Shown: positions 1 through 12,022 of the stretch, piece after piece
How the letters are laid out: every line of letters starts with the position of its first letter
Numbering within the stretch: position 1 is the stretch's first letter
Notes under the pieces: model-generated
Databases searched by the model: none
What the model was told of the DNA's origin: nothing
What the model saw: the letters and a program-made list of their open reading frames with translations, nothing else
Position numbers and translations under genes: made by a program
NCBI RefSeq assembly: GCF_035084215.1
Contig: NC_090332.1
Coordinates: 78,058,001-78,122,000, forward strand
DNA: 64,000 nucleotides
DNA from: Heptranchias perlo
Lineage: Eukaryota
Direction of reading: 5' to 3'

Positions 1-433
1 TATTGCAAGTGCTGAGTCTCAGTTCTTCAGGTTTTAATTGTTGTTGGAGATTTTAAAAATGTAAAATTTAAATTTAAAATTTTTTTTACTTTTCCTTTGT
101 GTCTTTTTTCTTTCTCTTAATCCAGTATTTCCATCCCTTTATTTCTCTTTCTGTACCTAATTTGGTATTGAATTCACCCACTCTAACTTACACTTTCTTC
201 TCAGTCCTTGCGCTGTTAATTTCACAATCCTTCAATCTGATTGGTTAAGGAGATACCTTGCTGGTTGCCCTGGTCACTCAGGTCCCAGATGCCCTGTTTC
301 CTTCGCTGTGCCATTATCAGCTCGCACTTTCAGTAACTTGCCACGCAAAAAATGTAAAAACCTAAACGTGCAAGGGCAAGTCTAATTAATGGCAGATGCT
401 GTTAGATGATCTGCTACAGCAAAATCATGGCCC
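1..433. mobile_element. Right end of a Harbinger-type MITE (truncated by window edge)
   Basis: Ends in ...GCAAAATCATGGCCC, resembling the GGGCC..ATTTT termini of other Harbinger-derived elements in this window; left end not visible. Confidence 0.4.
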
Positions 434-1614
434 ACTATAAGCACCTGCAGTACCTGTTACCCCTGTAGGTGACACTGTGATTCGTAGTTTCGATGTTAAA
501 CATGCCATACTTCCGTATAACAGCCTTTGTCTTACACAATGGCTGCTATTTTAGAGTATATCATGCTGTGATTGCACAATCTGGCCACTGGGTTCCCACA
601 AGTCACTCAAAACCTTTTCATCTACCATTTTTTTCTCAGCAACTCAAATTTCTAATATCCAAAAGAAGAGTTTAAACAAAGAAAAACCTATTTCACAATA
701 ACTTGATTAAATTTATGAACTAAATTGTCTTTTGTGTCTTTTTAATGTCTTTATTAAAGTTTTTCTTTCATGGCATCAGTTCCTTCCCAGAGCCTGGTCT
801 CAGACTTGATATTTTTGCATTGAATTTGGATTTTATAGTCTAGAAATACAGTGCACATAGTTTGCCAGGATGAATCAGTACCATTTAGTCAGTTGTACTG
901 TTAGAATATTCTAGCAGTTTTTGCTCTAAAGTTCTTCAAAAAGAAAAGGTACAGAACTAATTTTAAAATCTTTATTCAGGTAAAGTTTATAGGGCTTTTT
1001 TTTAAACAGGAAGTTTTTTTTAAAATAGTGTGTGTGAGAGAAAGAGACTACTGATTACATGCCTCTTGTAGCTTTTGTTTTGTGTTCTGTAGCCTTCAGA
1101 AAGTGCATTAATCTCAGAGAGACAGAGTGGTTTCCTCATAATTGAGTTCATTTTTCAAAAAATAGTTGAATCTTTAAGCAGATAGCCTCTAATTGTCTCA
1201 CTTGATTATTATATGTTATGTTGACAGTTACAGATAGAGCCATACCCAAGAATCAAACTGTTAGGAACTCCCATCATCCCATTCATCATGAACTAAGGTT
1301 CATAGAACAAACACAGGAGGATCAAAGTGGCAAAAACTTAGCAGTGTTCACTTCAACATTGGGTTCCATACCTTTACATAGCAACCACTTCCAGTTCCAA
1401 TTTGAATGAGCGACTGTAAACAGCTGATTGTTAAAGTGACCCCATCATCTACCACACAACTGCAGAAGATTATGGGGCAACTTCAGTATTCAGCTGTTGC
1501 CCAGGCTCCTGCATGAGCAACACTAACAGGAGCTGGAAGAGCTATTGTTCACGTGAAAGGCACACGATTAGCAACTGTGTAACTCTAGGTCCTATCCTGT
1601 ACCAAGATCCAATT

Positions 1615-1967
1615 TAGGGTGCCAACTTTGGTTCTGTGCATTCCTGGAGGTTTCATTACACGATTTCCCACCTTAAACCACCCCACACTCCTGGATTTGG
1701 TCCATCCTCCAGACCCGCTGCCTTCCCACACCAATTGGAAAGGGAACACTCTGTCACTCAATTGGATTCATCTTGACTGTTCGTGAAAGCCTTTTTTCAT
1801 CATCTCCAGTACTACTATTAAATGAAAGTGTTCAAAGAAAACGGGGGAAAAAAACATTTTTTTAATGCCCCTATGATTTTTCTCCTGAGTCGCTTGTAGC
1901 AGTGTCCTGGAGATTAATCGTCAATTCCTGGAGACTCCAGGTCAATCCTGGAGGGTTGGCAACTCTA
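1615..1967. mobile_element. hAT-like MITE
   Basis: Terminal inverted repeats TAGGGTGCCAAC ... GTTGGCAACTCTA, with internal short CCTGGAG repeats; 8-bp TSD not clearly preserved. Confidence 0.6.
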
Positions 1968-2136
1968 ATCTCGCTGGGGCGACTGCAGAGTGATCAGGAT
2001 CAGCAGGGCCGGCCAATTCCCTAATCCTGAGGTACTGCAACCAATGGCTGTGATGATACCACTGCCGATCAGGGTTAAGGAAAGGTCAGCAATCACTGAG
2101 AGAAATGGATCCGTTACACAGTGAGCTGGGGCTCGG

Positions 2137-2310
2137 CCTGTGAACCCCCGAGCCGGCCTGTGCCGGGGACCCGGGCCGACCTGTGAACCCCCGAGCCGGC
2201 CTGTGCCGGGGACCCGGGCCGACCTGTGAACCCCCGAGCCGGCCTGTGCCGGGGACCCGGGCCGACCTGTGAACCCCCGAGCCGGCCTGTGCCGGGGACC
2301 CGGGCCGACC
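2137..2310. repeat. GC-rich 43-bp minisatellite, 4 exact copies, in NAA20 promoter
   Basis: Unit CCTGTGAACCCCCGAGCCGGCCTGTGCCGGGGACCCGGGCCGA starts at 2137, 2180, 2223, 2266. Confidence 0.95.
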
Positions 2311-2343
2311 CTCCTCACAGCGGACACACTCCACTCGCTTCAA

Positions 2344-2423
2344 GCCCGCGCCCGCGCCCGCGCCCGCTCCCTGACGTCAGTTCCGCTCGCTTTCTGAGCA
2401 AAGGTGAAAGGTTCACTTCCGGT
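2344..2423 (+). promoter_or_regulatory. NAA20: NAA20 core promoter motifs (GC repeat, CRE, ETS/GABP)
   Basis: (GCCCGC)4 at 2344-2367, perfect CRE TGACGTCA at 2372-2379, ETS site CACTTCCGGT at 2414-2423, CpG-rich, immediately 5' of the ATG at 2443. Confidence 0.75.
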
Positions 2424-2442
2424 AAAATCATCGCTTTACAAA

Positions 2443-2495
2443 ATGACGACGTTACGTGCGTTCTGTTGTGATGATCTTTTTCGCTTCAACAACAT
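2443..2495 (+). CDS. NAA20: NAA20 exon 1 (coding part)
   Basis: MTTLRAFCCDDLFRFNN(I), donor GTGAGT at 2496. Confidence 0.96.
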
Positions 2496-5400
2496 GTGAG
2501 TAAAATACAGTATAATGTGCAGAGTGATAGTACTATATAGAGTAATAGTAGCATTAAGGAATACCGTAGTAGCATACAGAGTAATAGCAGCATAAAGGGT
2601 GATAGTAATGTACAGAGTAATAGCAGCATAAAGGGTGATAGTAATGTACAGAGTAATAGCAATGTACAGAGTAATAGCAGCGTACGGGGTGATAGTAACA
2701 TACAGAGTAATAGCAGCGTACAGGGTGATAGTAATGTACAAAGCACTGGTAACAGGGTGAAGATAACATACAGAGTAATAGTAATATACAGTGTAATATG
2801 TACAGCATAGCAATGTAACAAATAATAGAGTCAAATTTACACCATAGGAGTAAAAGGCGGAGTAATAAATACAACATGAGGTGGCTCATGTGGAGATCTG
2901 GCCTGTTTCTGGGGTAATAGTCAATGATTCTGGAAGTATAGTCAAATACAGTGTAATATATAGAACACAAGTGAAATATAGAGTAATGTGTACAACGTGA
3001 ATGAAATATGGTAAAATAGAACAATGTATACAATGTATGTATGAAAGGTGGAATAATACATACATGGGAGTGAAGTTATATAGTACTGAGTAATATGTAC
3101 AAATATGCATGCCTGAAATTTAATAGTAATATATGCTAATAGGCAGCTGAGTGAAGTATGGCAATATACAGAATAATATACATACAAATGAAATAGCAGA
3201 ATACAGAGTAATATATACTGATGTTCAACATGAGTGAAGTATACTCATACAATGAGTAAAACCGTAACATACAGTAATATTTCACTTGTATATAGTGCTC
3301 TGTAATATGCACAAAATGGAATTCAAATATAGTAGTATACAGTGTTATATATTCCAAAATAACAGGAGTGAAATAGGGTAACATGCAACAACTTACATTT
3401 TATATAGCTCTTTTAATGAAGTCCCAGGGCACTTTGTGTGGTAGTAGTAAGAGGAATGTCAAGCCGAGAGAGTACAGGAGGAGTGATTGAAGATTTGAAT
3501 GAAAAGATTGGTGTTTAGAACCTTTTTTTTAAGGAAGAGAGAAATGCAGAAGGGTTTCATGAGCAAGTTCCAGAAGTAGTGCCTAAGCAGCTGAAAGTTT
3601 TGCCACGAATAGCATGGTGGACAGAGGCATAGAAAGCACGCACATGAGGCCAGAGTTGGAAGATTGAAGAGTACAGGAGGGAAAGTAAATTTGAAGGAGA
3701 TTACAGAGGTACGGTGGAGCCAGGCCGTAGAGATGTTTGAAGGTGAGGATTTTAAATTCAATATATTGGAGTGCAGGGAGCCATTGTTGGTCAGGGGGGT
3801 GGGGGAGGTGATGAATGAGTGTGGCTTAGTGCAGGATAGATACGAGCAGCTGCATTTTGAATAAGTTGGAGTTTATGGAGCGTAGACAAAGGAAGGTCAG
3901 CAAAGAGAGAATTGGAATAATCGATGTGAGAAAAGCATGGATAAGGGTTCGACGGCCGAGGTGAGGTAGGAGTGTAGGTTGCCAATGTTGTGGACATTCA
4001 AATAAGCAGTCTTGGTGGCTGAGAGGATGTGGAGTTGAAATTCAGCTCAGGATTGAACAGAACGCCAAAGTTGCACGCAGTCTTGATCATCCTGAGTGCG
4101 GGACTATGGAGGGGAATGGGATCAGTGGCAGGAGCAGAGTTTGTGGAGGGTGCTGAGATAAATGGCTTTGATCTTCCTGATGTTGAGTTGAAGGAAGTTG
4201 TGGTTCATCCAAGACTTTGTCACAGAGGCAGACTAACATCATGGTGGTGGTCATGGGATTGAGAGCAGTTGAGAGGTAGAGCTGATCAGTCTATCTTTGG
4301 AAGCTGACCCCATGCATGTGGATGATGTCACCAAGGGGCAACATGAGGAAAATAAGGAGGCCAAGGACAGATTGTTGGGGGACTTTGAGCTGACATAGTG
4401 GCAGGGGATGAGAAGCCATTGCTGGAGATAGGCTGGTTGCATCCAGAAGGGTAGGAAATGGTCCATACAGGAGTAGTCACCGAGCTGAACAACAGAAGAG
4501 AGGCAATGGAGCAGGACAGTAGGATTAAACCATGTCAAATGCTGTAGAAAGATCAAACAAGACAAGCGGGGATAGCCTGCTACATTCAGAGAGGATTTCA
4601 TTCATGACTTTGGCTAGTGCCATCTCAGTGTTGTGACATGGGTAGTAGCTGAATTGGAGGGATTCAAACAGGGAGTTTCTGGAGAGATAGATATAGAATA
4701 TACAGAGTAATGTATGCAACAACATGATGAGACTAATCAAGATATTCAACAACACCTAAATTTATATTTAAGTGATATACAGAAACATAGGCATATTTAT
4801 AAACAAAATGAGTGATTCCGTCTTGATGAGTGACATAGGAGATCTGCACCCCTTATCATAGAATCATAGAATGTTACGGCTCAGAAGGAGGCCATTTGGC
4901 CCATCGTGTCCGTGCCAGCCGAAAAAAGCTATCCGGCTTAATCCCATTTTCCAGCCCTTGGTCCGAAGCCTGTAGGTTACGACACTTCAAGTGCACATCC
5001 AAGTACTTTCTAAATGAGTTGAGGGTTTCTGCCTCTGTCACTCTTTCAGGCAGTGAGTTCCAGACCCCCACCACCCTCGGTGAAAAAATTTCTCCTCAGC
5101 TCCCCTCTAATCCTTCTACCTTTAAATCTATGCCCCCTGGTCACTGACCTCTCTGCTAAGGGAAATAGGTCCTCCCTATCCACTCTATCTAGTCCAGTCA
5201 TAATTTTATACATCTCAATTAAATCTCCCCTCAGCCTCCTTTGTTCCAATGAAAACAACACCAGCCTATCCAATCTTTTAGAGTCATAGAAGTTTACAAC
5301 ATGGAAACAGGCCCTTCGGCCCAACATGTCCATGTCGCCCAGTTTATACCACTAAGCTAGTCCCAATTGCCTGCACTTGGCCCATATCCCTCTATACCCG

Positions 5401-8400
5401 TCTTACCCATGTAACTGTCCAAATGCGTTTTAAAAGACAAAATTGTACCCGCCTCTACTACTGCCTCTGGCAGCTCGTTCCAGACACTCACCACCCTTTG
5501 AGTTAAAAAATTGCCCCCAGACCTTTTTGTATCTCTCCCCTCTCACCTTAAATCTATGCCCCCTCGTTATAGACTCCCCTACCTTTGGGAAAAGATTTTG
5601 ACTATCTACCTTGTCTATGCCCCTCATTATTTTATAGACTTCTATAAGATCACCCCTTAACCTCCTACTCTCCAGGGAAAAAAGTCCCAGTCTATCTAAC
5701 CTCTCCCTATAAGTCAAACCATCAAGTCCTGGTAGCATCCTAGTAAATCTTTTCTGCACTCTTTCTAGTTTAATAATATCCTTTCTATAATAGGGTGACC
5801 AGAACTGTACACAGTATTCCAAGTGTGGCCTTACTAATGTCCTGTACAACTTCAACAAAACATCCCAACTCCTGTATTCAATGTTCTGACCAATGAAACC
5901 AAGCATGCCGAATGCCTTCTTCACCACCCTATCCACCTGTGACTCCACTTTCAAGGAGCTATGAACCTGTACTCCTCGATCTCTTTGTTCTATAACTCTC
6001 CCCAACGCCTTACCATTAATGGAGTAGGTCCTGGCCCGATTCGATCTACCAAAATGCATCACCTCACATTTATCTAAATTAAACTCCATCTGCCATTCAT
6101 CGGCCCACTGGCCCAATTTATCAAGATCTCGTTGCAATCCTAGATAACCTTCTTCACTGTCCACAATGCCACCAATCTTGGTGTCATCTGCAAACTTACT
6201 CACCATGCCTCTTAAATTCTCATCCAAATCATTAATATAAATAACAAACAACAGCGGACCCAGCACCGATCCCTGAGGCACACCGCTGGTCACAGGCCTC
6301 CAGTTTGAAAAACAACCCTCTACAACCACCCTCTGTCTTCTGTCGTCAAGCCAATTTTGTATCCAATTGGCTACCTCACCTTGGATCCCGTGAGATTTAA
6401 CCTTCAAAGATTTGTGCACATATACCCCCCTCTCATAGCTAAAATTCTCCAGACCTGGCAACATCCTCGTAAATCTCCTCTGTATCCTCTCTAGTGCAAT
6501 CACATCTTTCCTATAATGTGGTGACTAGAACTGTGCACAGTACTCAAGCTATGGCCTAACCAATGTTTTATACTGTTCTAGCATAACCTCCCTGCTCTTA
6601 TGTTCTATGCTAATAAAGGAAAGTGTCCCGTATGGCTTTTTAACCACCTTATCTACCTGTCCTGCTGTGGGATCTGTGGACATGCACTCCAAGGTTCCTT
6701 TGTTCTTCTATACCTCTCAGTATCCTCCCATTTATTGTGTATTCCCTTGCCTTGTTTGCCCTCCCCAAAATGCATTACCTCACACTTTTCTGGATAGAAT
6801 TCCATTTGCCACTTTTCTGCCCACTGACCAGTTCATTGAAATCTTCCTGCAGTCTACAGCTTTCCTCCTCACTATCAACCACACGGCCAATTTTTGTATC
6901 ATCAGCAAACTTCTTGATCAAATCCTTAACTAATTTGTGTACACACGAGCATTTTCTCCCTAAATACACGATAACCAGGAGTGACAAAATTTCATGGCAA
7001 ATATTCTTTTTGCAATAAATGCTGACTTCTAAAATATGCTACTGCGGCTGTACAGAACAGCCAGGCAATTTAATTGGTTGAACACTGCAGGCAAATAATT
7101 CCACAAATATACTCTGTGCTACTTTTGAAAAATCATGTTGCAGCATGCAATTGAACTCTGTTTTAGATCTTTGTATTTGGTGTTCTAGGAAGGTGAAACC
7201 ACCAAAACTATTCAGAAGTATCCATAAAAGACGTCAGCAGAGATATTAGTTTGCACGAAACACAGCACATTTTCCCTTGTGCAACTTCGGAGAGGAAAAT
7301 GTGTGTAAAATGTTTTTTGATTTGGGAAGGTCTAATGTTTGACAACATAGTCGGCAGTATTGGCTTCTGGTGCTGCGTCCTCAAACGTTGCTAATACAAG
7401 GAAACAAAATGATTTGAACTTAGTATTGCATATCCTAGGTGCAGCTGCTTGTAAACCCTGTCCAATACCTGACCACTGTATAACTGACCCTATATTATTA
7501 CTGAACGCATTCCACTGTGGTGTGACATTCGGATTGTTTATCTTATTCAGGGGAATAGTCTTGAAGAGTTTGTTTTAAAAAGGTTCTGCAAAGTTTGTGC
7601 TGCAGTGATATGAATCACTTCAAAATGCATTGGTTGCCCATGATGTCAATGTTGTGAAAGCGATATGTGGCTTTTCATGGAGGTTTTTCTAAAGTGAGCC
7701 CTGTTTCGTGAAGCTAATGCTTTGATATTTAAAACATTGGACTGTGAACCTCTTGTAATTTGTTTTTCTTTTCTTTGCAGAAATTTGGATCCACTTACAG
7801 AAACTGTATCCTTGTCACGGTCCATTTTCACATTGGTTTCTTTGTTTCTTATGGGGAAACGCAGGTTAATATAAAATTCAGTGATGGTCACCAAATTATG
7901 CTGCCTTTTTTTAATAAATCATGATTCAGATTGAAGATGTGTGTGGACAAAACTATGTTTTAAGTTGATATTTAGTTCATTTCTGGCTTCTTGGTATAAA
8001 CAACATGCTTGGTGAATAGAATCCAGATTGGTGGACTCAGTATACTTTAGTCCTTTTTATTAATTCTATTTGTTAACTGATCATTAGTTGATATTTTACA
8101 TGTTTAAAATCTTCAAAAGTAGTGTTATTTGGAAAATAACATTCTGCTGTTCTATAGCTAGTGCTCACACTATTGGTTTTACCCTGGGGTATTCTGAGAT
8201 GGAGGTGCCCACCTCCTCTTGGGCTGCTAATGTCCCTTTCAAAGCATGTTTTAATTCATTAGACCTTGTTGTGTACTAACATGATTGCTAGAACAGCCAT
8301 ACAAATTGCTAGTTTGCAAAAGCATTTCAGTCAAACCCTAACTGTCAAATTATATTGCTGGTATAGAAATGCAATTCTTTGCTAGGTGCAGAGTTGGTTC

Positions 8401-11236
8401 CTTGTAATCCAGCCATTCGGAGGCAGAGGCTAGCAGATTTCTTGAAGTTAGGATTGCATTTACATTAAATTCAGCATTGATTATTATGAGCAGGTCATTT
8501 GAAGTGGACTGAACTAGTTTAGGTTGCAAACTGTCAAAGGCCCTACACCAATCGGCATTGCTGTTTGTAATCTTATTAAAAGCTGTAAATTCAGAGACAG
8601 ATTGAGAGACAGCTGTAGAGCTGGGAAATGTGTTGAACTAAGCCAGGAGAAGAGAGGATCATCGGTTATGTTAGAAATCAGAAATAAGAGAGAATAGTTT
8701 GGACAGAAAGATTGGAGGTAGCATTTCATTAGCCTCCTTATCACATATCAAGAGCTGTAAGCAAATAAAAGTAGAGCTGCTGTAATTGTTTTATATTGGT
8801 TAGTTTATTGTAAACCGTACAGACTACTGTCATCTGAGCTTTTTGTTAGGTTTTTTTTATCTGTTATTTTCCTTTAAATAATTCATAGTATGGGATCCCC
8901 TTCTACCTCCAATATCTAGCTCATTGGCCGGAGTATTTTATTGTTGCTGAGGCACCTGGAGGAGAGTTAATGGGATACAGTAAGAATCCAGTGTCATGAT
9001 CATTAATATGTTCTACAGATGTCCGACTGAAAAAGTTCTTTTTTATGACTGTACATTTTGATTGTTTAAGCATTTTTTATGCTTACTGTGATTCGATTCA
9101 AAAATCTAAATCCCAACAAAATTCTATTTTGAACATTATTAATGTGCTGTAACAAAGTTTTAAATTAGCATATATTATGTTTTTACAATTTGTTCTCAGC
9201 AATTGACTCATTTGTATTTTTTAGAAACGTGTCTAATTTTTTTTATAAAAATGGTACATCTAGCACTCTTCCTATCCATTACACTGCTCTGGCATACTTC
9301 AAAAAAATGGGACCGAGGACACACAATGCTGGAGTGAGAATGACTGCTGTCTCTAGTGATATCTGTGTAAATTTGCCCTGTAATTACTTAACTGCAGTCA
9401 GACTTTGTAGCCTTAACTGGACTGATGCCTATACTTTACATGGAGTAATGTTCTTTGCTTCATAAAATCCTCTGAAATTACCATGAGTGGTGTCAGGGGA
9501 GATTTACCAGTGATATAAAATAATCCATTATCTGTCCATTACACCTCTCCAACATACACTAAGTGTCACATTCACATTTCCTTGTCACGCTTCAGAGAGA
9601 AGTACGAACAAACAAAGGTGTCATTTGGAATGAGAGAAAAACACCTCAGTATTACAGGAGTGGGAATGTCTAGAGCTTCTTAATTGACCTTAGCAGTCTA
9701 CTGCTAGAAAGACAACACAGCCAGGATATGACCTGCACTCTGAACAACAATTAAACACTTGACTTCACCCAGAATTTACTTAACAGCAGTTAGACTTTGT
9801 GACCTTAAAGATACACATCTTCATCTTAAAAGCCGAATAATAGTCATAATCCCCATGACCTTATAAAACAGCACATTGTCTGATTTAATTGTGATCATCT
9901 GCTAGCATATATAAAAGCCTTGAATTTAGCATAGTCCTCTCTTGCTACACTTTTTGTTACAGATGCAAAATAATTTTTTTTTAAAAGGGAAAGCAAGTAT
10001 TTTCCACGGCCACGCTTCCGTGCACAGTGGCATGTGAGGTTCGCTAGTAGTATTTTTTTGAAAAAATCTCTGATCTGATCAACTTCTGTTTGATGAAAAA
10101 CATTCCTCAACTATCTACTTCCTAGAACTAAAGTTTTACCACTTTATCTATACTGGAAGTGGCAGTTTCAAAATGGATGCTTTCCACTTGAGCAGTGTTT
10201 GTTCCCATATGATATCCAAATTACTTTTTATTCTGGTGGCTTATGTGTGTAGAGAAATATATTAAATTATAATTTTGGGTTGCATTTCATAAAACATCTT
10301 TTAATCGATGATTAAATGGAAGCATTTTTTGGTGTGTTAGTGGTTCAAAAGAAGATAGTGAAGATTTCCACATATATTTTAGTCAGCAGAAAGCAGTGTT
10401 GCATCACAGCCTGTTGACAAAAGGCAGGTTACTTCATCAAGTCAGTCAATATGTGACTCACTATTTTAATTTATAAAATGATTCAAAGTAAGTGAAAGGC
10501 CGTACAGCCTTTAAACATATTTAGAAAGAGCTGGCTACCTCATTTATTTTTAATATTAGAAATTTCTCTGGCAGTGAGAGGCAGATGAGTAGAGCTGTGT
10601 GCAGGCATTCAAGTTTTTTTTTTGAAGTTCTGCTTTCCCTAGTTTGAGAGCAGTGCAGGTGGATAACATAGCCATCATCTGTTTAGACCACTCTTCAAAA
10701 TGCTTGATACTGCATCATTTGCAGAGTAAGGAAAGAAAAACTTGCAATTCACAGTACCTTATCACATCGCTCAAAAGAGCTTTACACACAACAATATACT
10801 TTGAAGTGCTGTGACTATTCTTGGGTAAGTGCAGCAGCTGTTTTGCACACAGCAAGATCCCACAAACAGCCACTACAGATACCCGAGACTTTTGGAACTT
10901 TAGTCCAGTTTGCAAAAAGGGGAAATTGGATAAATAAAAATCAGTAAATCTGATCCGAGGCTGCGCACAGTTTGTAAAATGCGACAAGAAATTTGGTTGG
11001 ACCTGAAACTAGTGTGAATTGCAGTAGTAATGTTTGAGGAGTATAAAGTGCCTTATGGTTGTTTCTTCTTTTTAAGTTATGGGGAAAGCTGAAGGATCAG
11101 TGGCAAGAGAGGAATGGCATGGGCATGTAACTGCTTTATCTGTAGCTCCAGAATTTAGACGCTTGGGACTAGCAGCTAAACTGATGGAGCTGCTAGAGGA
11201 AATATCTGAAAGGTTGGTGTATATATTTTAACCGTT

Positions 11237-11277
<41 letters not shown>

Positions 11278-12022
11278 ATATTTGTTGTCAGGAACAGATG
11301 AATATTTTGTGTCTTTTTTCACAGAAAGGGTGGATTCTTTGTGGATCTGTTTGTACGAGTATCCAATCAAGTGGCAGTGAACATGTACAAACAGCTCGGC
11401 TACAGTGTCTACAGGACTGTGATAGAGTACTACTCAGCTAGCAATGGAGAACCTGATGAAGATGCTTATGGTATGACTGTAAAGTTCTGTGGAATAGATT
11501 TAAAATAAAATACTGGTAACTGGGTTGTAACTTTGGTACAGAGTACATAAGTAGGATTGTGTTGGTACCTTTTTAAGACCCTATACTGTATTTGGTATGG
11601 GATATGAAAAATCTGATTTCATTAGATAGTTCACCTGAGGCTTTTTATTTTAGTGGAGTTCCATTTTATTTTAATAGTGGATATTTATCTTGCTGACTGA
11701 GTGTGAAGAGCATCTGTGAGTGTTGAAGGTACCAGTGATGATGTCCGTCACGCCCCCTTCCCTAGTAGAGCTTTTTAAGTGCATTACTTCATAAAGGTGC
11801 TTCTATAAATCTGCAATTTGCAATTGAAGAAATATTTTTATAAATTGAATTTTTAATGAATTGTGTTAAGCTTTACACAGTCCCATTTTTTTGTAAGCAC
11901 ACTCCATTCTAATTATGTTTTTCTTTTCTATAACAGATATGAGAAAAGCCTTATCACGAGATACAGAGAAGAAATCAATAATACCCCTTCCCCACCCAGT
12001 TAGACCTGAAGATATTGAATAA
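2443..12022 (+). CDS. NAA20: N-alpha-acetyltransferase 20, NatB catalytic subunit (6 coding exons, 178 aa)
   Basis: Exons 2443-2495, 7781-7805, 8889-8979, 11077-11212, 11325-11470, 11937-12022 join in frame (537 nt) to MTTLRAFCCDDLFRFNNINLDPLTETYGIPFYLQYLAHWPEYF...HVTALSVAPEFRRLGLAAKLM...PHPVRPEDIE*, a GNAT protein recognised as NAA20. Confidence 0.98.
2500..3385. repeat. Degenerate 18/36-bp AT-rich minisatellite in NAA20 intron 1
   Basis: Alternating TACAGAGTAATAGCAGCA / TAAAGGGTGATAGTAATG units, best preserved at about 2570-2790 and decaying 3'. Confidence 0.85.
3386..4690 (-). mobile_element. Decayed L2-type LINE, 3' part
   Basis: RT remnants on - strand (CHNTEMALAKVMNEIL..LVLFDLSTAFDMV; LHKLQLIQNAAARI) and the L2-type tail (CAACAACTT..TATATAGC on +) at 3386. 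Confidence 0.8.
4855..6925 (-). mobile_element. CR1-type LINE 3' fragment interrupted by a younger CR1
   Basis: (CATAGAAT)n tail at 4855; RT remnants ([39 protein letters not shown]); sequence breaks at about 5277 and resumes at about 6431. Confidence 0.85.
5279..6430 (-). mobile_element. Younger CR1-type LINE 3' fragment with uninterrupted RT C-terminal reading frame
   Basis: ORF 5430-6503 contains [46 protein letters not shown]; own CATAGAAG tail at about 5285. Confidence 0.9.
7781..7805 (+). CDS. NAA20: NAA20 exon 2 (25-nt micro-exon)
   Basis: Acceptor TTCTTTGCAG, encodes NLDPLTET, followed by U12-type donor GTATCCTTG. Confidence 0.95.
7806..8888 (+). other. NAA20: U12-type (minor spliceosome) GT-AG intron, NAA20 intron 2
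   Basis: 5' splice site GTATCCTT; branch-like TTTTCCTTTAA at 8867-8877 about 11 nt before the AG, with no polypyrimidine tract between. Confidence 0.85.
8889..8979 (+). CDS. NAA20: NAA20 exon 3
   Basis: YGIPFYLQYLAHWPEYFIVAEAPGGELMGY, donor GTAAGA. Confidence 0.96.
10730..10875 (-). mobile_element. Deu-domain SINE 3' fragment
   Basis: Reverse complement matches the 3' part of the SINE at 52310-52750 (GGGATCTTGCTGTGTGCAAA..CACTTCAAAGTA..). Confidence 0.7.
11077..11212 (+). CDS. NAA20: NAA20 exon 4
   Basis: MGKAEGSVAREEWHGHVTALSVAPEFRRLGLAAKLMELLEEISE, includes the acetyl-CoA-binding motif RRLGLA. Confidence 0.96.
11242..11274. repeat. (TA)n microsatellite in the 112-nt NAA20 intron 4
   Basis: About 16 uninterrupted TA units. 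Confidence 0.95.
11325..11470 (+). CDS. NAA20: NAA20 exon 5
   Basis: KGGFFVDLFVRVSNQVAVNMYKQLGYSVYRTVIEYYSASNGEPDEDAY, AG/GT boundaries. Confidence 0.96.
11937..12022 (+). CDS. NAA20: NAA20 exon 6 (coding part)
   Basis: (D)MRKALSRDTEKKSIIPLPHPVRPEDIE then TAA. Confidence 0.96.

Noticed and set aside
2313-2318. GTGAGG donor on the - strand suggesting a divergent transcript from the NAA20 promoter
   Set aside because: Single weak motif with no downstream exon identifiable
1965-2471. Overlapping ORFs with repeated PGTGRLGGSQVGPG-type peptides; superficially CRISPR-like repeat
   Set aside because: Products of the 43-bp GC-rich tandem repeat; no spacers, no cas genes, vertebrate context
2436-3384. 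ORFs rich in YAAITL / LLLCTLL / CYYSVHYY
   Set aside because: Translations of the intron 1 minisatellite, antisense to NAA20
5430-6503. 357-aa reverse transcriptase ORF as an active gene
   Set aside because: Chimeric read-through of two nested, 5'-truncated CR1 fragments; no endonuclease or true start
11736-11830. GTGATGA C-box-like motif in NAA20 intron 5 (possible C/D snoRNA)
   Set aside because: No CTGA D box at a suitable distance and no terminal stem
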